Below, one piece after another: positions 37,317 through 50,221 of a stretch of 64,000 nucleotides of DNA. The notes under the pieces are model-generated. The model did no database searches. It had not been told where the DNA came from and was given only the letters and a program-made list of their open reading frames with translations. The stretch comes from Squalus acanthias. Its lineage: Eukaryota. Location of the stretch: NCBI GenBank assembly GCA_030390025.1, contig CM059432.1, forward strand, positions 100,132,001 through 100,196,000. The letters are read 5' to 3'. The position numbers were made by a program, and so were the translations under genes. How positions within the stretch are numbered: the stretch's first letter is position 1; every line of letters starts with the position of its first letter.

Positions 37317-37803
37317 TAGCTCCTGCAACACTCAAGAAGCTCGACACCATCCAGGACAAAGCAGCTCGTTTGATTGGCACCCCATCCAACCCCCTTAAAC
37401 ATTCACTCCCTCCACCACCGGCGCAACGTGTCTGCATTGTGTACCATCTACAAGATGCACTGCAGCAACTCACCAAGGCTTCTTCGGCAGCACCTCCCAA
37501 ACCCACGACCTCTTCCACCTAGAAGGACAAGGGCAGCAGGCACATGGGAACACCACCACCCCCAAGTTCCCCTCCAAGTCACACACCATCCTGACTTGGA
37601 AATATATTGTTGTTCCTTCATCGTTGCTGGGTCAAAATCCTGGAACTCCCTCCCTAACAGCACTGTGGGAGTACCTTCACCACACGGACTGCAGCGGTTC
37701 AAGCCAGCGGCTCGCCACCACCTTCTCAAGGGCAATTAGAGATGGGCAATAAATGCTACCCTCGCCAGTGACACTCACATCCCAGAAATGAATTTAAAAA
37801 AAA
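37317..37803 (+). mobile_element. 3' fragment of a CR1/L2-group LINE (same family as 43512-44520)
   Basis: CTIYKMHCSNSPRLLRQHLP...HHLLKGN* plus an A-rich tail. Confidence 0.85.
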
Positions 37804-40800
37804 GAAATTCGGCATCTTAGGGCCGGCTATAATGGCCGGTTTCAGCAAAAAAAGGCGGTCGCTTTGCTTCCGCCCACTTCCAGTGTCGGCTGCAGTGGCC
37901 GCCATTTGGAGCAGTTCGGTAGTGCGGCCATTGCCTGCGTGCGGCTGAAGAATTCAAATGAGCAGATTGTGACGTCAATCAGTGTGCAACGTGCGTTCAG
38001 CTGCACGAGAGAGGCCCAACCAGCGCTATTTAAAGGGATACATCCAACTTGCAGGTAAGTTTATTTTTTCTCTTGTACTGGCTCTTGCAAGCATTATATC
38101 AATACTGGCTTGCTGGAACACATTTAAAAAGTTGGTAAAGTGTGCAGGGAGTGCTGTTGGACGTTGGGAAGGCGTTGGCTGCAACTGGAAGGTCCTCTGA
38201 CTACACTACTTGCTCCCAGTCATGGGGACTCTACTTACAGTCCCCCTCATGCTGCAGCATGATGGGGAGATGGAACAGAGGCAACAAAGAGAGAGGCAGC
38301 AGAGGGAGGAGGAGGAGGGGGAGGAGGGATCTCAGCAGGAGGTCTTACTCACCTGGGGTCTTCAGGGAGCACTGCTCCTGCCTGCACTTAAGCCAGGAGC
38401 AGTGTATTTGGAAGCTCCACTTTACCAAGGAGGTGGCACCTCTTGGTACCAGACATGCAACCTCAGATTAGGGCGACGGCGGAGCTGCCAATAGCTCTCA
38501 AGGTGAACATGGCCGTGATCCTTCCAGGCTGGAGCAGGCGACATAGCTAACATCTCGCAGTTTGCTGTTCATCGCTGCTTCCGGGAAGTCATGGAGGCTC
38601 TGTACTCCAGGAGACAAATTGGGCCAGAAATTCAGCTCTCCGGCTTCCTGCGGGTGCAAGCATCGCGCGCGTACTTGCCCACCGTGCCTGCTGTTGTGCT
38701 TCGGGCCCACGAGGAATTCGGGTCCTGGGCCTCCTGCAGCTGCCGGCGCACAGTGCTTGCGTATCCCAGGGGTGCAGTTAGTTCGAAGCGTCCCCTGGGA
38801 TCACGTGGGCCATGGAGAGCCAATCCTAGCAGGGAATTTTCATTCATAGATTTGACAGGACCTGTCAAATCTATGAATAGAGATCGGCCCCAAAACCTCA
38901 CTAAAACTTCAAATACATTTTTAAAAAACCATCACATTTTTAAAATAATATTAAATTACATAAATTAACTAATTTAAACAAAAATTTAAATTTTTGAAAA
39001 AATTAATTAAACTTTTTAACGGTGCTAAAAATAAACTTACCTTTCTATAAAGTATGTAAAAAAGATAAACCTGTTGAAAAAATGTTTAAATTGTAATTAA
39101 TTAACCACTTACCTTGTTAAAAACAGGCCTTGTGCCTCCTTTTTAAAAGTGCAGCTTCTCCATACTTACCTTCCCGGAGAAACCTGAACACAGCGCGTAC
39201 TCACCCGACAAGAGCCGAATTTCTGGCCTAGTATTTCATTGTCTTCTCTCTGAACAGAGAGAATCAGGAAGAGCGTGCATGTGGCTTTGCTAGGATATCA
39301 GGCGCAGGGCGCCATCGATTGCACACACGTGGATTTGCAAGCGCCGCATATCAATCCTGAGATGTACCGTTGGTGTGTGACCACGCCCAGCACATCATGA
39401 TGGTGAATGCCCAGTATCCTGGCAGCAGTCATGATGCCTTCATCCTGTGCCAGTGCCAGCAATCTTCCAGCCACCATGTGGAACTTAAGGGTGGCTGCTC
39501 GGAGCCAAGGGCTATCCACTCTGCACTTGGCTGATGAATCCCCACCACAACCCCACCACTCATGGCCAGCACCCATATAATGAGAATCACGCTGCCACCA
39601 GGAACCTCATCAAGCAGATCATCGGGCTGCTGAAGCAACGGTTCCGCTGTCTTCTCCACTCGGGAAGAACCCTCCAGTACACACCGGAGCGGGTCTCCCA
39701 TTTTGTGGTGGTCTGCTGCATCCTCCACAAATTGGCCATCATGTGGGCACAGCCCTTGCCACCACGGGTTCTATGACCACCTCAGGAGGAGGAGGAGCAG
39801 GAGGAGGAGGAGGAAGAGGAGGAGTTAGGAAGGAGGAGGAGGAGGAAGGGAGGAGGCAGGCAGCAAAACCCCATTCCAGACGGGTTGTCCATGAGCGCAT
39901 TATTGGACTCCGGTTCCAATGAATTAAACCCCAGATCACCATTGCTCAACACTTCCCCACCTTACCATCCCTCTGTCACAGAAGATTACACCATCCTCTT
40001 GGGCACAAAGCTGAAATGAAAGCCACCACAAAACAAACATTCCAAACATAATTTATAAATGATTATTTTGAATCTTACATAACAAAGTCAACTAATCACC
40101 CTTGTGCATTCCCTTCTGTCTTTCATGTTCCTTAGTCTATTCTAGTGCTCCTACGCAGTGCTACCCCAGTGGCTGCAGCATGGCTGGTGGAAGGCTGCTG
40201 ACTTTTCATGGGGGATGGTGCAAATGGCCTTGCAGGATGGCCTCAAGCAGCTCTGGGCCTAGAAGGCTCGGCTGTAGATTGCACCACCTTGGCATGGGCG
40301 GCAGCAGTCTGGAATAGCTGGCTGTCAGGCAACTGCAATGGCACTGGCAGAGTGGCAGGGGTGGGAGTAGGAATGCTGTCATCCTGAGAGAGGACAGCAG
40401 GTTCTTGCACCACGGAGTCACTGCCACTCCCCCGAGGCGGCGCCTCAGCATTTCTAGCCATCTGTTGGAGGACAGATTGCTGGACTGCTGTGAGACCTTC
40501 CAAGTCCCTTTCCACATTCATAAACCCAGCCACGATGGCAGCATTCTGAGCTTGCGTGGCAGCAAGCTGAGCCTGCATGAGAGCATTCTGAACTTGCGTG
40601 GCAGACAGCTGAGCCTGCATGAGAGCAGTCTGAGCTTCCACTGCAGCGCTCTGACGTTGGGTCACTTCCGCTTGTGCTGCAATCCAATAGTTGTCCCCCT
40701 GTTGAGCGCTGAGCCAACCAGCATTGCGTTTAGCACTGGGCTCAGTGCTGCAATCATGCTAATGAGCCGGCAGCATCAATTTTGCGTGTTGCCTGCACTA

Positions 40801-40874
40801 CTTTCAACAGGCGCCAGCAATTAACTCATCGCGATCCTCGTGCCTGTTTTCGGGCCTAATCCAATTTTGCCTCC
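37803..40874. mobile_element. Harbinger family B derivative (transposase + ~38221-39920; Myb remnant - ~40680-40140)
   Basis: HAATRNLIKQIIGLLKQRF...CCILHK; subterminal sequences match the other family B copies. Confidence 0.85.
38621..39229 (-). mobile_element. Structured splice-donor MITE, diverged copy 3 (reverse orientation)
   Basis: TIRs gggccagaaattcagctct/agagccgaatttctggcct. Same order of donor sites, AT-rich core and palindromes as copies 1 and 2. Interrupts a transposase. Confidence 0.85.
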
Positions 40875-41144
40875 TATGATTCTTCTAGGTTTTCTCTCTT
40901 TAATTGAAGACTGAGTGAAAGATGTAATTCAGTCTGTTAAATTAATGAGGTAAGTGGATAAAGAACAAGTCTGTAAATTATTTGAACTGAATCAGTTACA
41001 TAGGATAAAAGGAGATGCTTCCAAAATTAATGCACTTGTTAATTAAAAGTGTGGAAAAGATTTAATTCCATGGAGTTATTAACATGAACAATAAGCAGCT
41101 CATTAATTTAGTACAAATTATTTTGAGCGAGCTGGACAGATGTA

Positions 41145-41590
41145 TGGGAATGCTAATGTAGTGGTAATATCACTGGGCTAGTAATCCAGAGGCCTGGACT
41201 AATGATCCGAAGATGTGAGTTAAATCCCACAACAGCAGCTGAGGAATTTAAATTCAGTTAATTAAATAAAAACCTGCAATATAAAGTTAGTATCAGTAAT
41301 GGTGACCATAAAACTATCGGATTGTCGTAAAAACCCGTCTGGTTCACTAATATCCTTTAGGGAAGGAAATCTGCCGTCTTTACCTGGTCTGGCCTATATG
41401 TTACGCACAACAATGTGGTTGACTCTTAACTACCCTCTGAAGTGACATAGCAAGCCATTCAGTTGTAACAAATTGCTACTGCAGTAGTTCAAGAAGGCGG
41501 CTCACCACCACCTTCTCAAGGGCAATTAGGGATGGACAATAAATTCTGGCCTTGTCAGTGACACCCACATCCCATGAACGAATAAAAAAA
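41145..41590 (+). mobile_element. tRNA-derived SINE (resembles shark SacSINE1-type SINEs)
   Basis: tRNA-like head (tgtagtggtaa...gagtttaaatccc B-box-like); ~100-nt 3' tail shared with the LINE end at ~44415-44520. The family name is from recollection only. Confidence 0.75.
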
Positions 41591-42160
41591 ACTTAGTGCA
41601 GAGCTGCTCACACCAAATATTTTGTCTGAACTATATTTTAAGCTCCCAAAACCAAAAGGCATCTCATCACCAGAGAGCAGTAATAATAATCATAATTAAG
41701 CACCTAAATATGCCTAAGTAACTAAAGAGTAAAAGCAACAACCAAATGATCAGATAATGGGGTACCAAACAAGAGGCAGTTTGGTGGTAGTAAATTAGGA
41801 GCCAGTTCACTGCAATTATAACACACAAATATGCATGTACACAGGAATATGCTCAAAATATAATACCTGAAGTATAACACACAGAAAATGTGCACTAGGC
41901 AAAGTATAGCAAATTTCTTTGGGCTTTTTGGGCGCACCAGGGCCACTGTTGGGGCGAGAGTTGACAGATGGTAATTCAGATGGGACCTGTTTACAGTGGG
42001 TCTCCACCCCATTTTCGATTCACCAATATTTCCTCAAGGAGTGGGAGTACATACTTCTTACATCCTCCTCCTTTGCTGGTGCTGGTGACTCATGACGTTC
42101 TGAATTGGAAGTGAGAGTGCTAATAACTGAGCCAAGGCTGGCACAGCCATTGAACGTTGA

Positions 42161-45100
42161 GGGTGAAAAATTCGACACTGTAGCACCCGATTTTTCAGCA
42201 CTACAGGGGCTGTTTTGTGCCAAAAATGGCGTCCGCGCCACGCGCACACACCTCTAGTGTGTGCCGCACCGGACGCCATCTTTGTGAGGGCGGTAGGGCA
42301 GGCATTAGGAGTGTGCGGCGGAAGTATGCAGATCGTGATGTCAATCAGCGTGCAATGTTGATTTCACTCCCAGTGCTGCCATTTTCATTCTCAATGCTAT
42401 AGCTAATGCATTGTGTTAACCTCGCACAGCTGAACATGCATTCAGCATCAGCAAGGACCACCCACCAGTGATATTTAAAGGGTTCAGCAATCAATCTAAT
42501 GTTAGTTGCAGGTTGATTTCTATTGGCTCTGTGTAAGTTTCTGGAACTATTTAGAGCTTTCTAGAGTTGTTTAAAGTTGGTGAGGTGACAGGGAGTGGTG
42601 TTGCAAGTGGAGAAGGCATTTCTACTGCAGAGAGCCATTGACTGCACACACGTGGCTTTGGGGGCATCGCATCTAAATGCTAAGATGTACCGCAAATGCA
42701 AAGCTTCCCACTCACTGAATGTGCAGTTGGTGTGCAACCATGCTCAGCACATCAGTATCCTGGCAGCAGTCATGATGGTTTTATTCTGCACCAGTCCGCT
42801 GTTCTCTCAATCTTTTAGCTGCCACGTCAAACCAGAGACTGGCTGCTGGGCGACAAGAGCAAGCCCTTGACCACCTGGCTCATGACTTCGTTCTGCAACC
42901 TAACCACACGTGGCTAGCATGCGTACAAGGGGAGCCATGCAGCCACACGATACATCAGAGCATTGGTGTGGTGAAGCAATGGTTCCGCTGCCTGGACTAC
43001 TCCGGAGGAGCCATGCAGTACTCACCAGAGCGCGTCTCAAGATTCGTCATGGTGTTCTGCATGCTCCACAATCTCACCATCATGAGAGCACAGCCCTTGC
43101 CACCAGGCATACAGTGACCAGCTGAGGAGGAGGAGGAGGAGGAGGAAGAGCATGAGGAGGAAGCAGAAGAGAAAGAGGAGGATGCGGAAGAGGAGGAAGC
43201 GGAAGGGAGGAGGCAACCCAGACAGCCCCTTTCTGCCTGGGCTGTCTGTGATCAACTCATCTGACTGCGGTTCCAGTGAACGCAACCCCAATTCCACATT
43301 CACCAATAGTCCCACACCTTACCATCCCTCTGATACAGACCATCACAGCGTCCACTTCACCACAATGATGAAATGAAAGCCACCACAAAACAAACATTCC
43401 AATTCAACTTTATACATCAATCCATCCAATATTACAAAGAAAAGTCAGCTAATCACCTTTGTACATTCCCTTAGTGCCTGTCTTCTGTGTGACTTTGCCG
43501 GTCCTAGTGCTCACAGCCCCGGGACATCGCTGCAGGAGTTCCTCAGGGCAGTGTCCTAGGTCCAACCATCTTCAGCTGCTTCATCAATGACCTTCCCTCC
43601 ATCATAAGGTCAGAAATGGGGATGTTCACTGATGACTGCACAGTGTTCAGCGCCATTCACAACTCCTCAGATAATGAAGCAGTCCATGCCCGCATGCAAC
43701 AAGACCTGGACGACTTTCAGGCTTGGGCTGATAAGTCGCAGGTAACATTCACGCCACAGAAGTGCCAGGCAATGACTATCTCCAAGAAGTGAGAGTCTAA
43801 CCACCTCCCCTTGACATTCAACGACATTACCATCGCCGAATCCCCCACCATCAACATCCTGGGGGTCACCATTGACCAGAAACATAACTGGACTAGCCAC
43901 ATAAATCCTGTGGCAACAAGAGCAGGTCAGAGGCTAGATATTCTGCAGCGAGTGTCTCACCTCCTGACTCCCCAAAGCCTTTCCACCATCTACAAGGCAC
44001 AAGTAAGGAGTACTCTCCACTTGCCTGGATGAGTGCAGCTCCAACAACACTCAAGAAGCTCGACACCATCCAGTACAAAGTAGCCCGCTTGATTGGCACC
44101 CCATCCACCACCTTAAACATTCACTCCCTCCACCACCGGCATACCATGGCTGCAGTGTGTACCATCTACAAGATGCACTGCAGCAACTCACCAAGGCTTC
44201 TTCGGCAGCACCTACCAAACCCACAACCTCTTCCACCTAGAAGGACAAGGGCAGCAGGCTCATGGAAACACCACCACCTCCAAGTTCCCCTCCAAGTCAC
44301 ACATCATCCTAACTTAGAAGTATATCGCCGATCCTTCATCGTCGCTGGGTCAAAACCCTGGAACTCCCTACTTAACAGCACTGTGGGAGTACCTTCACCA
44401 CACGGACTGCAGCGGTTCAAGAAGGCGGCTCACCACCACCTTCTCAAGGGCAATTAGGGATGGGCAATAAATGCTGGTCTTGCCAGCGACGCCCACATCC
44501 CATAAACGAATTTTAAAAAATGAAGTGCTACCCCAGTGGCTGCAACATGGCTGGTGGAAGACTGCTGACTTTCAGTGGGGAAACTGCAGATGGCCTTGCA
44601 GGATGACCTCGAGCAGCTGTGGACCGAGAAGGCATGGCTGTAGACTGCGCCACCTCGGCATGGGTGGCAGTAGTCTGGGCTAGCTAGCTGACAGGCTGCA
44701 AGGGCCTGGCGGAGTGGTAGTGGTGGGAGGACGAATGCTGTCATCCTGAGAGAGGACATCATATTCGTGCTCCACTGAGCCACTGCCACTCCCCCGGGGG
44801 CGGTGCCTCAGCAATCCTAGTAATCAGTTGGAGGACAGATTGCCGGACTGCTGTGAGACCCTGCAGGCCCCTTTCAACACTGGTAACTGCAGCCACGATG
44901 GCAGCAGTCTGAGGTTGCGAAGGCATCAAGCTGAGCCTTCAAGAGAGCAGTCTGAGCTTGCATGACAGAAGTTTGAGCTTCCACTGCAGCACTCGGATGT
45001 TGGGTCACTTCCACTTGTCCTGCAATGGAAGCTGAGACATCGGCCATCAGACCCGGCTTCATGGTTGGGTCCACAAGTGCAGTAATGGAGTTGGCCATCA

Positions 45101-46701
45101 CTTCCATGCTGGAAATCATGCGCTCCAAGCTCTGCGCAAAGCCCTGCGCAAGGTTGGTGCCGGACTCCTCCATGCTCCTTGACATTGCACTCAGGCTTTC
45201 TGACAGGCCTGCCAATTCACTAAGCATTTCAGTGTGCATATCCATCAGCCTTCTTCTGTAGGCCGCCCCATCGAAGTGCTCATCTGAGTCCTGTGCAGCA
45301 GAACTCGTGTGCGACCTCGCCTTCCAGGGAGCTGGCACTTGCGCTACCCTTTCCCCCTGCCCTGGTTGTAGGCCACACATGCCCGGTGTCTCACCACGCG
45401 CCAATCCCGCGTCTTACCTATCCTCTAAAGTACACACAGTGTCAGTATCTGAGCTGCTGGCTGGGAGTGTGAACTCGAGTGATGCGATATCTTCATGATC
45501 ACTGTCTTCCTCCTCCTCTGCCAGTGCCTTACCAGGTGGCAGTTCTTGGGTATCTGAAAGGAGAAAGGCACAAGGGTAAGGTTGTGGTGAGGGGAGGGGG
45601 GAAAGCAAGAGGTGCATGCTTACACCATCTGCAACTTGTAAGTCAGACAAGATATTGGGATGAGGGGGAATTGGAATGTGTGAAAGAGGATTAGGTATGA
45701 GGATACCGTCAACTCGGATTGTTTCAGCTCCACCGCCGGCCATGGGATCAGCAATTGCCCTCCCAAGAATGGCCAACACCATTTCCTCCGGGGGGAGGTC
45801 AGATTATGCAGGTGCACCTGTGCCCCTTTGGGTAGCCCCTGCTGGCTCCAATTTTGAGCCACCTTGCTCTGTAAGAGAAAGGGAAGTGTGTCAGTGAGTG
45901 TGGTGCAATGTGTTTAGGTGATATGCCAGTCATGGTTGAATAGCTGACAGTGTGTGTAAGCTGTGAGATATGGGTCTGAGGCTTGCAGCAGTGGTAATTA
46001 TGTGAGGGTGAGGTGAAGCTATGAATGTGAGGTAGGAGTCATGCTTGGGAGTGATTGTTGGTAGGTGAGTGATGGGAGTGTGGTGCATTGAGCTGTGTGT
46101 GAGGCTAGTGGTGCAGATGGTGGGATATGACATTCGAAGATGTATTCACTGACCTTGACCACTCGTGTGATGTCATTAAACTTCTTCCTGCACTACAGCC
46201 AGGTGTTCGGAGCAACACTGCTGGCATTGACAGCGATGGTTATCTGCTCCCATTGGCGTTTTTGATTTTGCCTAGAGGGTCTCCTGATCCCCTATAGAAA
46301 TAGCACCTCTCTCCTCCTTTCCATCTCCTGTACCAAGGCCTCCAGTGCTGCATCAGAGAACCTTGGTGCATGCGCTCTCCCCTGTTGTGACATATTACTG
46401 TCCACCACAGCTGGGTGCATGAGCTGCTGCCAGCAGAATGCACCTCCTCTTTATGAGGTGCAGACTGCCTTTAAAAAGTGGAGGCTAGCTTTCATTGGTG
46501 CTAGCCTCGCACGAATTTGGGCTCCCTGCTGAGTGTTCTGCCACTCAGCAGCGCATTCAGCACTGGGCTGGACGCTATAACCATTATAATTAACAGGCAG
46601 CATGAAGGTCGTGGGCTGCCCGCATTCCTTTCAACATGTGCGGGGTGATCGAGCATCGCAATCCCCACACCCGTTTTCAGGGGCAATCCAATTTTTAGCC
46701 C
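42161..46701. mobile_element. Harbinger family B element with LINE insertion
   Basis: Ends gggtgaaaaattcga/tccaatttttagccc. Partial transposase on + (~42620-43280; [18 protein letters not shown]). Multi-exon Myb remnant on - (~46395-44525). Confidence 0.88.
43512..44520 (+). mobile_element. 5'-truncated CR1/L2-group LINE
   Basis: GVPQGSVLGPTIFSCFINDLP...MFTDDC, ILGVTIDQK, C-terminus and tail. Confidence 0.9.
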
Positions 46702-48025
46702 TTAATGTCACCTCCAATGAAGAGAGAAAAATTATTAGAAAGGATTTCCTCACTTCTTCCCACTTTTCCACCCTGAATTAAGCCACACTGGATTGTCATG
46801 AAAGGATATATGCTTTGCTTTGAAGGCTTGGAGTCAGGCTTTAATGATGCAGTGTCTTTATTTCAGAAAAGAATTGCACTCCTCCCCAGTAGTTGGCCTC
46901 CTTTGCAAACTTCCTGTCTCACCTAGCTGAAGCCGCAGCTACGACACTACAACATGGCTGCCTGCCCACCCGGAAATTTGGATGGGGCCAGGGTTGCCTG
47001 GGGCCCCACATATGGAAAGCCCACGCCACCATTCTGGAAGTGGTAGAATTTTAGGGCTACTATTTATATAAATATAAAGTTGATCTCCCCAGTATCGCAC
47101 ATTAAAAGTCTCAGTTCTGGAGCATTATAACAATATTTAGCTGCGAACTGTCCCTTTAGGGCCACTGCTATGGTACCCCTGTGAAGATATAGTCTAAGTA
47201 GATCCTGAGGCCAATTGGAGGCTAATTATCGGTAAATATTAGAAGTTTTTCTCAATTTTAGCTGTTTGGCATCTCTCCTGATGATCAAGATAGTTCATCT
47301 CAAGGTTGTAAAAACCATCAGGAATCACTCGCTTTTTTATATTCTCTCAATTTGATTTGTTGGTGCTTTACACAAAATGTGACACCTAGAATATGACATC
47401 TGGAATCAGATGGATATGCTTGAAACTTTTATATATACTAGCAGACTGGTTCCCAAACTTTTTTTGCTGAGTCCTCCTTCAGAGATTCCAATCCCTTGGG
47501 CACCCCTCTCGAAGAAAAGAAGGTACAGTATTTTTGCATAATTAATGTTAGCGTAGATATAGCCAGTAAGCCAGAATGCTTTAGCAGTGTTATCATTTTA
47601 TGTTGGTGGGGCACCAACTTGATGCTATTTATTTATTCCTCAACGGTAGCGAGGCCCCCAGGGCTCATGAGCACTTCCAAAAATAAATTTCTGCTGCACA
47701 GAGGTACAGACCAGAAGGCAAACAACTTGTTAAATGAACTGAAACACATTTAAATTAAGGAGTACTAAAGATACTGGAACTAAGCTAAGCTAATTCTGAA
47801 AATAAGCTGGATCTTTGTAGAGCATGCCTGGGTTTTGGAGAGAGCAGAGATGGCAATAAGCCTGAGAGGGGAGTGCCACAGCACCCCGGTGGAGAAAATA
47901 CATATTAAAGGCATCACCTGTTAGTTACAGCCAGCTTTCTCCTCACGCCTCTCACGCCCCCAACCCTTCCCTCCCACCCCTTCCTCCGGAAAACCTCTTC
48001 TCTGAACCTTTTCAAGAGTCACAAA

Positions 48026-49008
48026 GGGATGAATCTTAACTCCTAAAAATGAGTGGGTTGGGGTCATGTCAGAGGTTAAAATGCAAAAAATCTGAAACAA
48101 GAACCGAACCCGCCTCGAAACCCCCTACTTCTGGTATTAACAAAGGCGGGACGAGGGGCGGGCGACCAATCCGCTCGTGGGAAGCGGGTTGGTCATTTAA
48201 ATATTATAGTTAGGTTGCCTGCCTTCATTTTAACAGTTGTTCTATTTTTAACCACAGGCAGCCGGGTTTCCCAGGCTTCGGGAAACCTGGCGGGTGAAAG
48301 GAGGCGAGCAGGGCAGAATCCATAAAGTGAGTGCCTTTACAGCACTGCTTGTCGGCCAGGAGGAGCAGGAGTATTTCCTCCCAGCCCAACAAACTGCCCA
48401 GTAAACCACCCCACCCCTCAATCTGTCTCCTCCACCCGCCCCCCCCCCCCCGCAACACCATCGGTCCCATTCCGCGATCGGAACCCCCATGCGATCGGGA
48501 GCCCCCCACCTGCAATCGGGGACCCCCCCCCCCCAACGTGATCAAAACCCCTCGCCACAACCTCTCTCACTCCCCCACTACACCTGCCTCCCCCTCAATC
48601 GGACCCCCACTGCGATCGGGAACCCCCACCCACAATCAGGGACCACCCCCCACCATGATCTAAACCCCTCACCACAACCTCTCTCACTCCCCCACTACAC
48701 CTGCCTCCCCCTCGATCAGACCCCCACTGCGATTGGGACCCCCCACCCGCAATCGGGGACCCCCCCCCAACGTGATCAAAACCCCTCGCCACAACCTCTC
48801 TCACTCCCCCACTACACCTACCTGTAGGTTGCAGTCTTGTGAAGCAGGCTTCCCGCCCGAAAGGCCTCTATCCTGTCAATCAGGCTACCTGTGGGCGGGA
48901 ACCCTACAGAAAAAAATTAAAGGAGCCATTCTTCCAGGTTTGCCGACCTCACAACAGCCTCACCCGCTACCCCCGCACGGAACTCACCTCTGGGCTAAAA
49001 TACAGGCC
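48026..49008 (+). mobile_element. Probable Harbinger-type MITE containing a minisatellite
   Basis: Weak TIRs gggatgaatcttaac/gctaaaatacaggcc; ggcggg/cccgc subterminal motifs; related fragment at 1-65. Confidence 0.6.
48478..48820. repeat. ~117-bp C-rich tandem repeat x3
   Basis: caacctctctcactcccccactacacct recurs at ~48558, ~48675 and ~48793. Confidence 0.9.
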
Positions 49009-49959
49009 AATATCTTTCTTGCGGTGTGGAATGATCCCTTCATCAATCCTGCACTCAAGTAATGGCAAAAAATGGCACTTGATTTGGACTTCAAATGCTC
49101 AGCCGGTATACAAGTCATATCAAACATCAGATTCCTTGCCATGATTAATCGCTGCAGCATTTCAATTGAAAATAACCCTCTTGTGAATGTATCCTCTGTC
49201 ACCTGTTTGACTGCTATCTATTGGTGCATTATGTAACAAAACCTAATTGAAAGACACTTCAGTTGAAAAATCTTTCAACTAGTCAGCATAACAATTACTA
49301 ACACTTGGAAAATAGGGACCACTGTTCCTCCCTTCTTCTAATGGCTGATTTGTTTCTTCCATCCTCTAATGGTTAATTGTCATTCTGTGACAAGCCCCAA
49401 GTCCAAATGAACAACCTACCCAGAGTCCATATGGATTAAGTTTAAATGCCATTACTGAACATTTAGTGGTTCAGATGGAGCTGACGTGATCTAATTGGAT
49501 ATAGATTTAATTACAGATAATAAAGAAACATTATAGCTTCATTAGAGTGTGACTGTGCTCCCTCCGAATCTCAATTTGAACAATGTAGCAAAAACAAAGA
49601 AAAAGGTTATGTCACATCTAAGAAACACAAATTAATTGGCTTGTTCATTTTGCAACTGCCTGAAGGAAATTGCTGATGTCAATCAATTTCAACACGTAGC
49701 AGAAGTATTTAAATGGCAGCACCCAGCTTGGTGAATAAAAACATTCCCTTTTATCTAAAGCATTTCCATTCAGCAAGCAGCATTGTTTAACTTGTTAGGC
49801 AGCAGCATATTATGTAAGTATCCAAGAAATGAATCTATTTTGAATATGCACTGGTCACGGAATTCTGTAGTAATGAGCTGCAAATTATTTCTCAATAGAC
49901 TTGGAGTGATGACATCACAGTCATTAATCTTGCAGTGAGAATGTCACCATATATTAGAG

Positions 49960-50178
49960 CAGGGCTGGGCAATTATTTGGGCTGGTGGGCCACTTAACAA
50001 GTTTTGGTGAGCTGTTGAGGGCCGCACACCAAAGTTCTCCCTAAGGTGCGTAGCTGTGCGGTCGCGCACCAATCGCGAGGACCCGCCCAGGTCGCTGACC
50101 AGCTCATACCGCTGGAAGAGATACTGTGCGTGCAGTATTGTTAAGTGGCCCTCCAGCCCAAAGAATTGGCCACCCCTG
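49960..50178. mobile_element. hAT-like MITE
   Basis: TIRs cagggctgggcaatt/aattggccacccctg extending to tgggctgg..gggccacttaacaa; degenerate 8-bp flanks tattagag/agtaagag. Confidence 0.7.
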
Positions 50179-50221
50179 AGTAAGAGCTTTTGAAACCAAC
50201 CAGCTACATTTGCATTGTCTT

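Noticed and set aside
39161..39172. U1 snRNA fragment (ATACTTACCT)
   Set aside because: Only the 10-nt complement of a minus-strand donor site; the rest of U1 is absent.
41145..41235. tRNA gene
   Set aside because: It is a degenerate SINE head with no complete cloverleaf.
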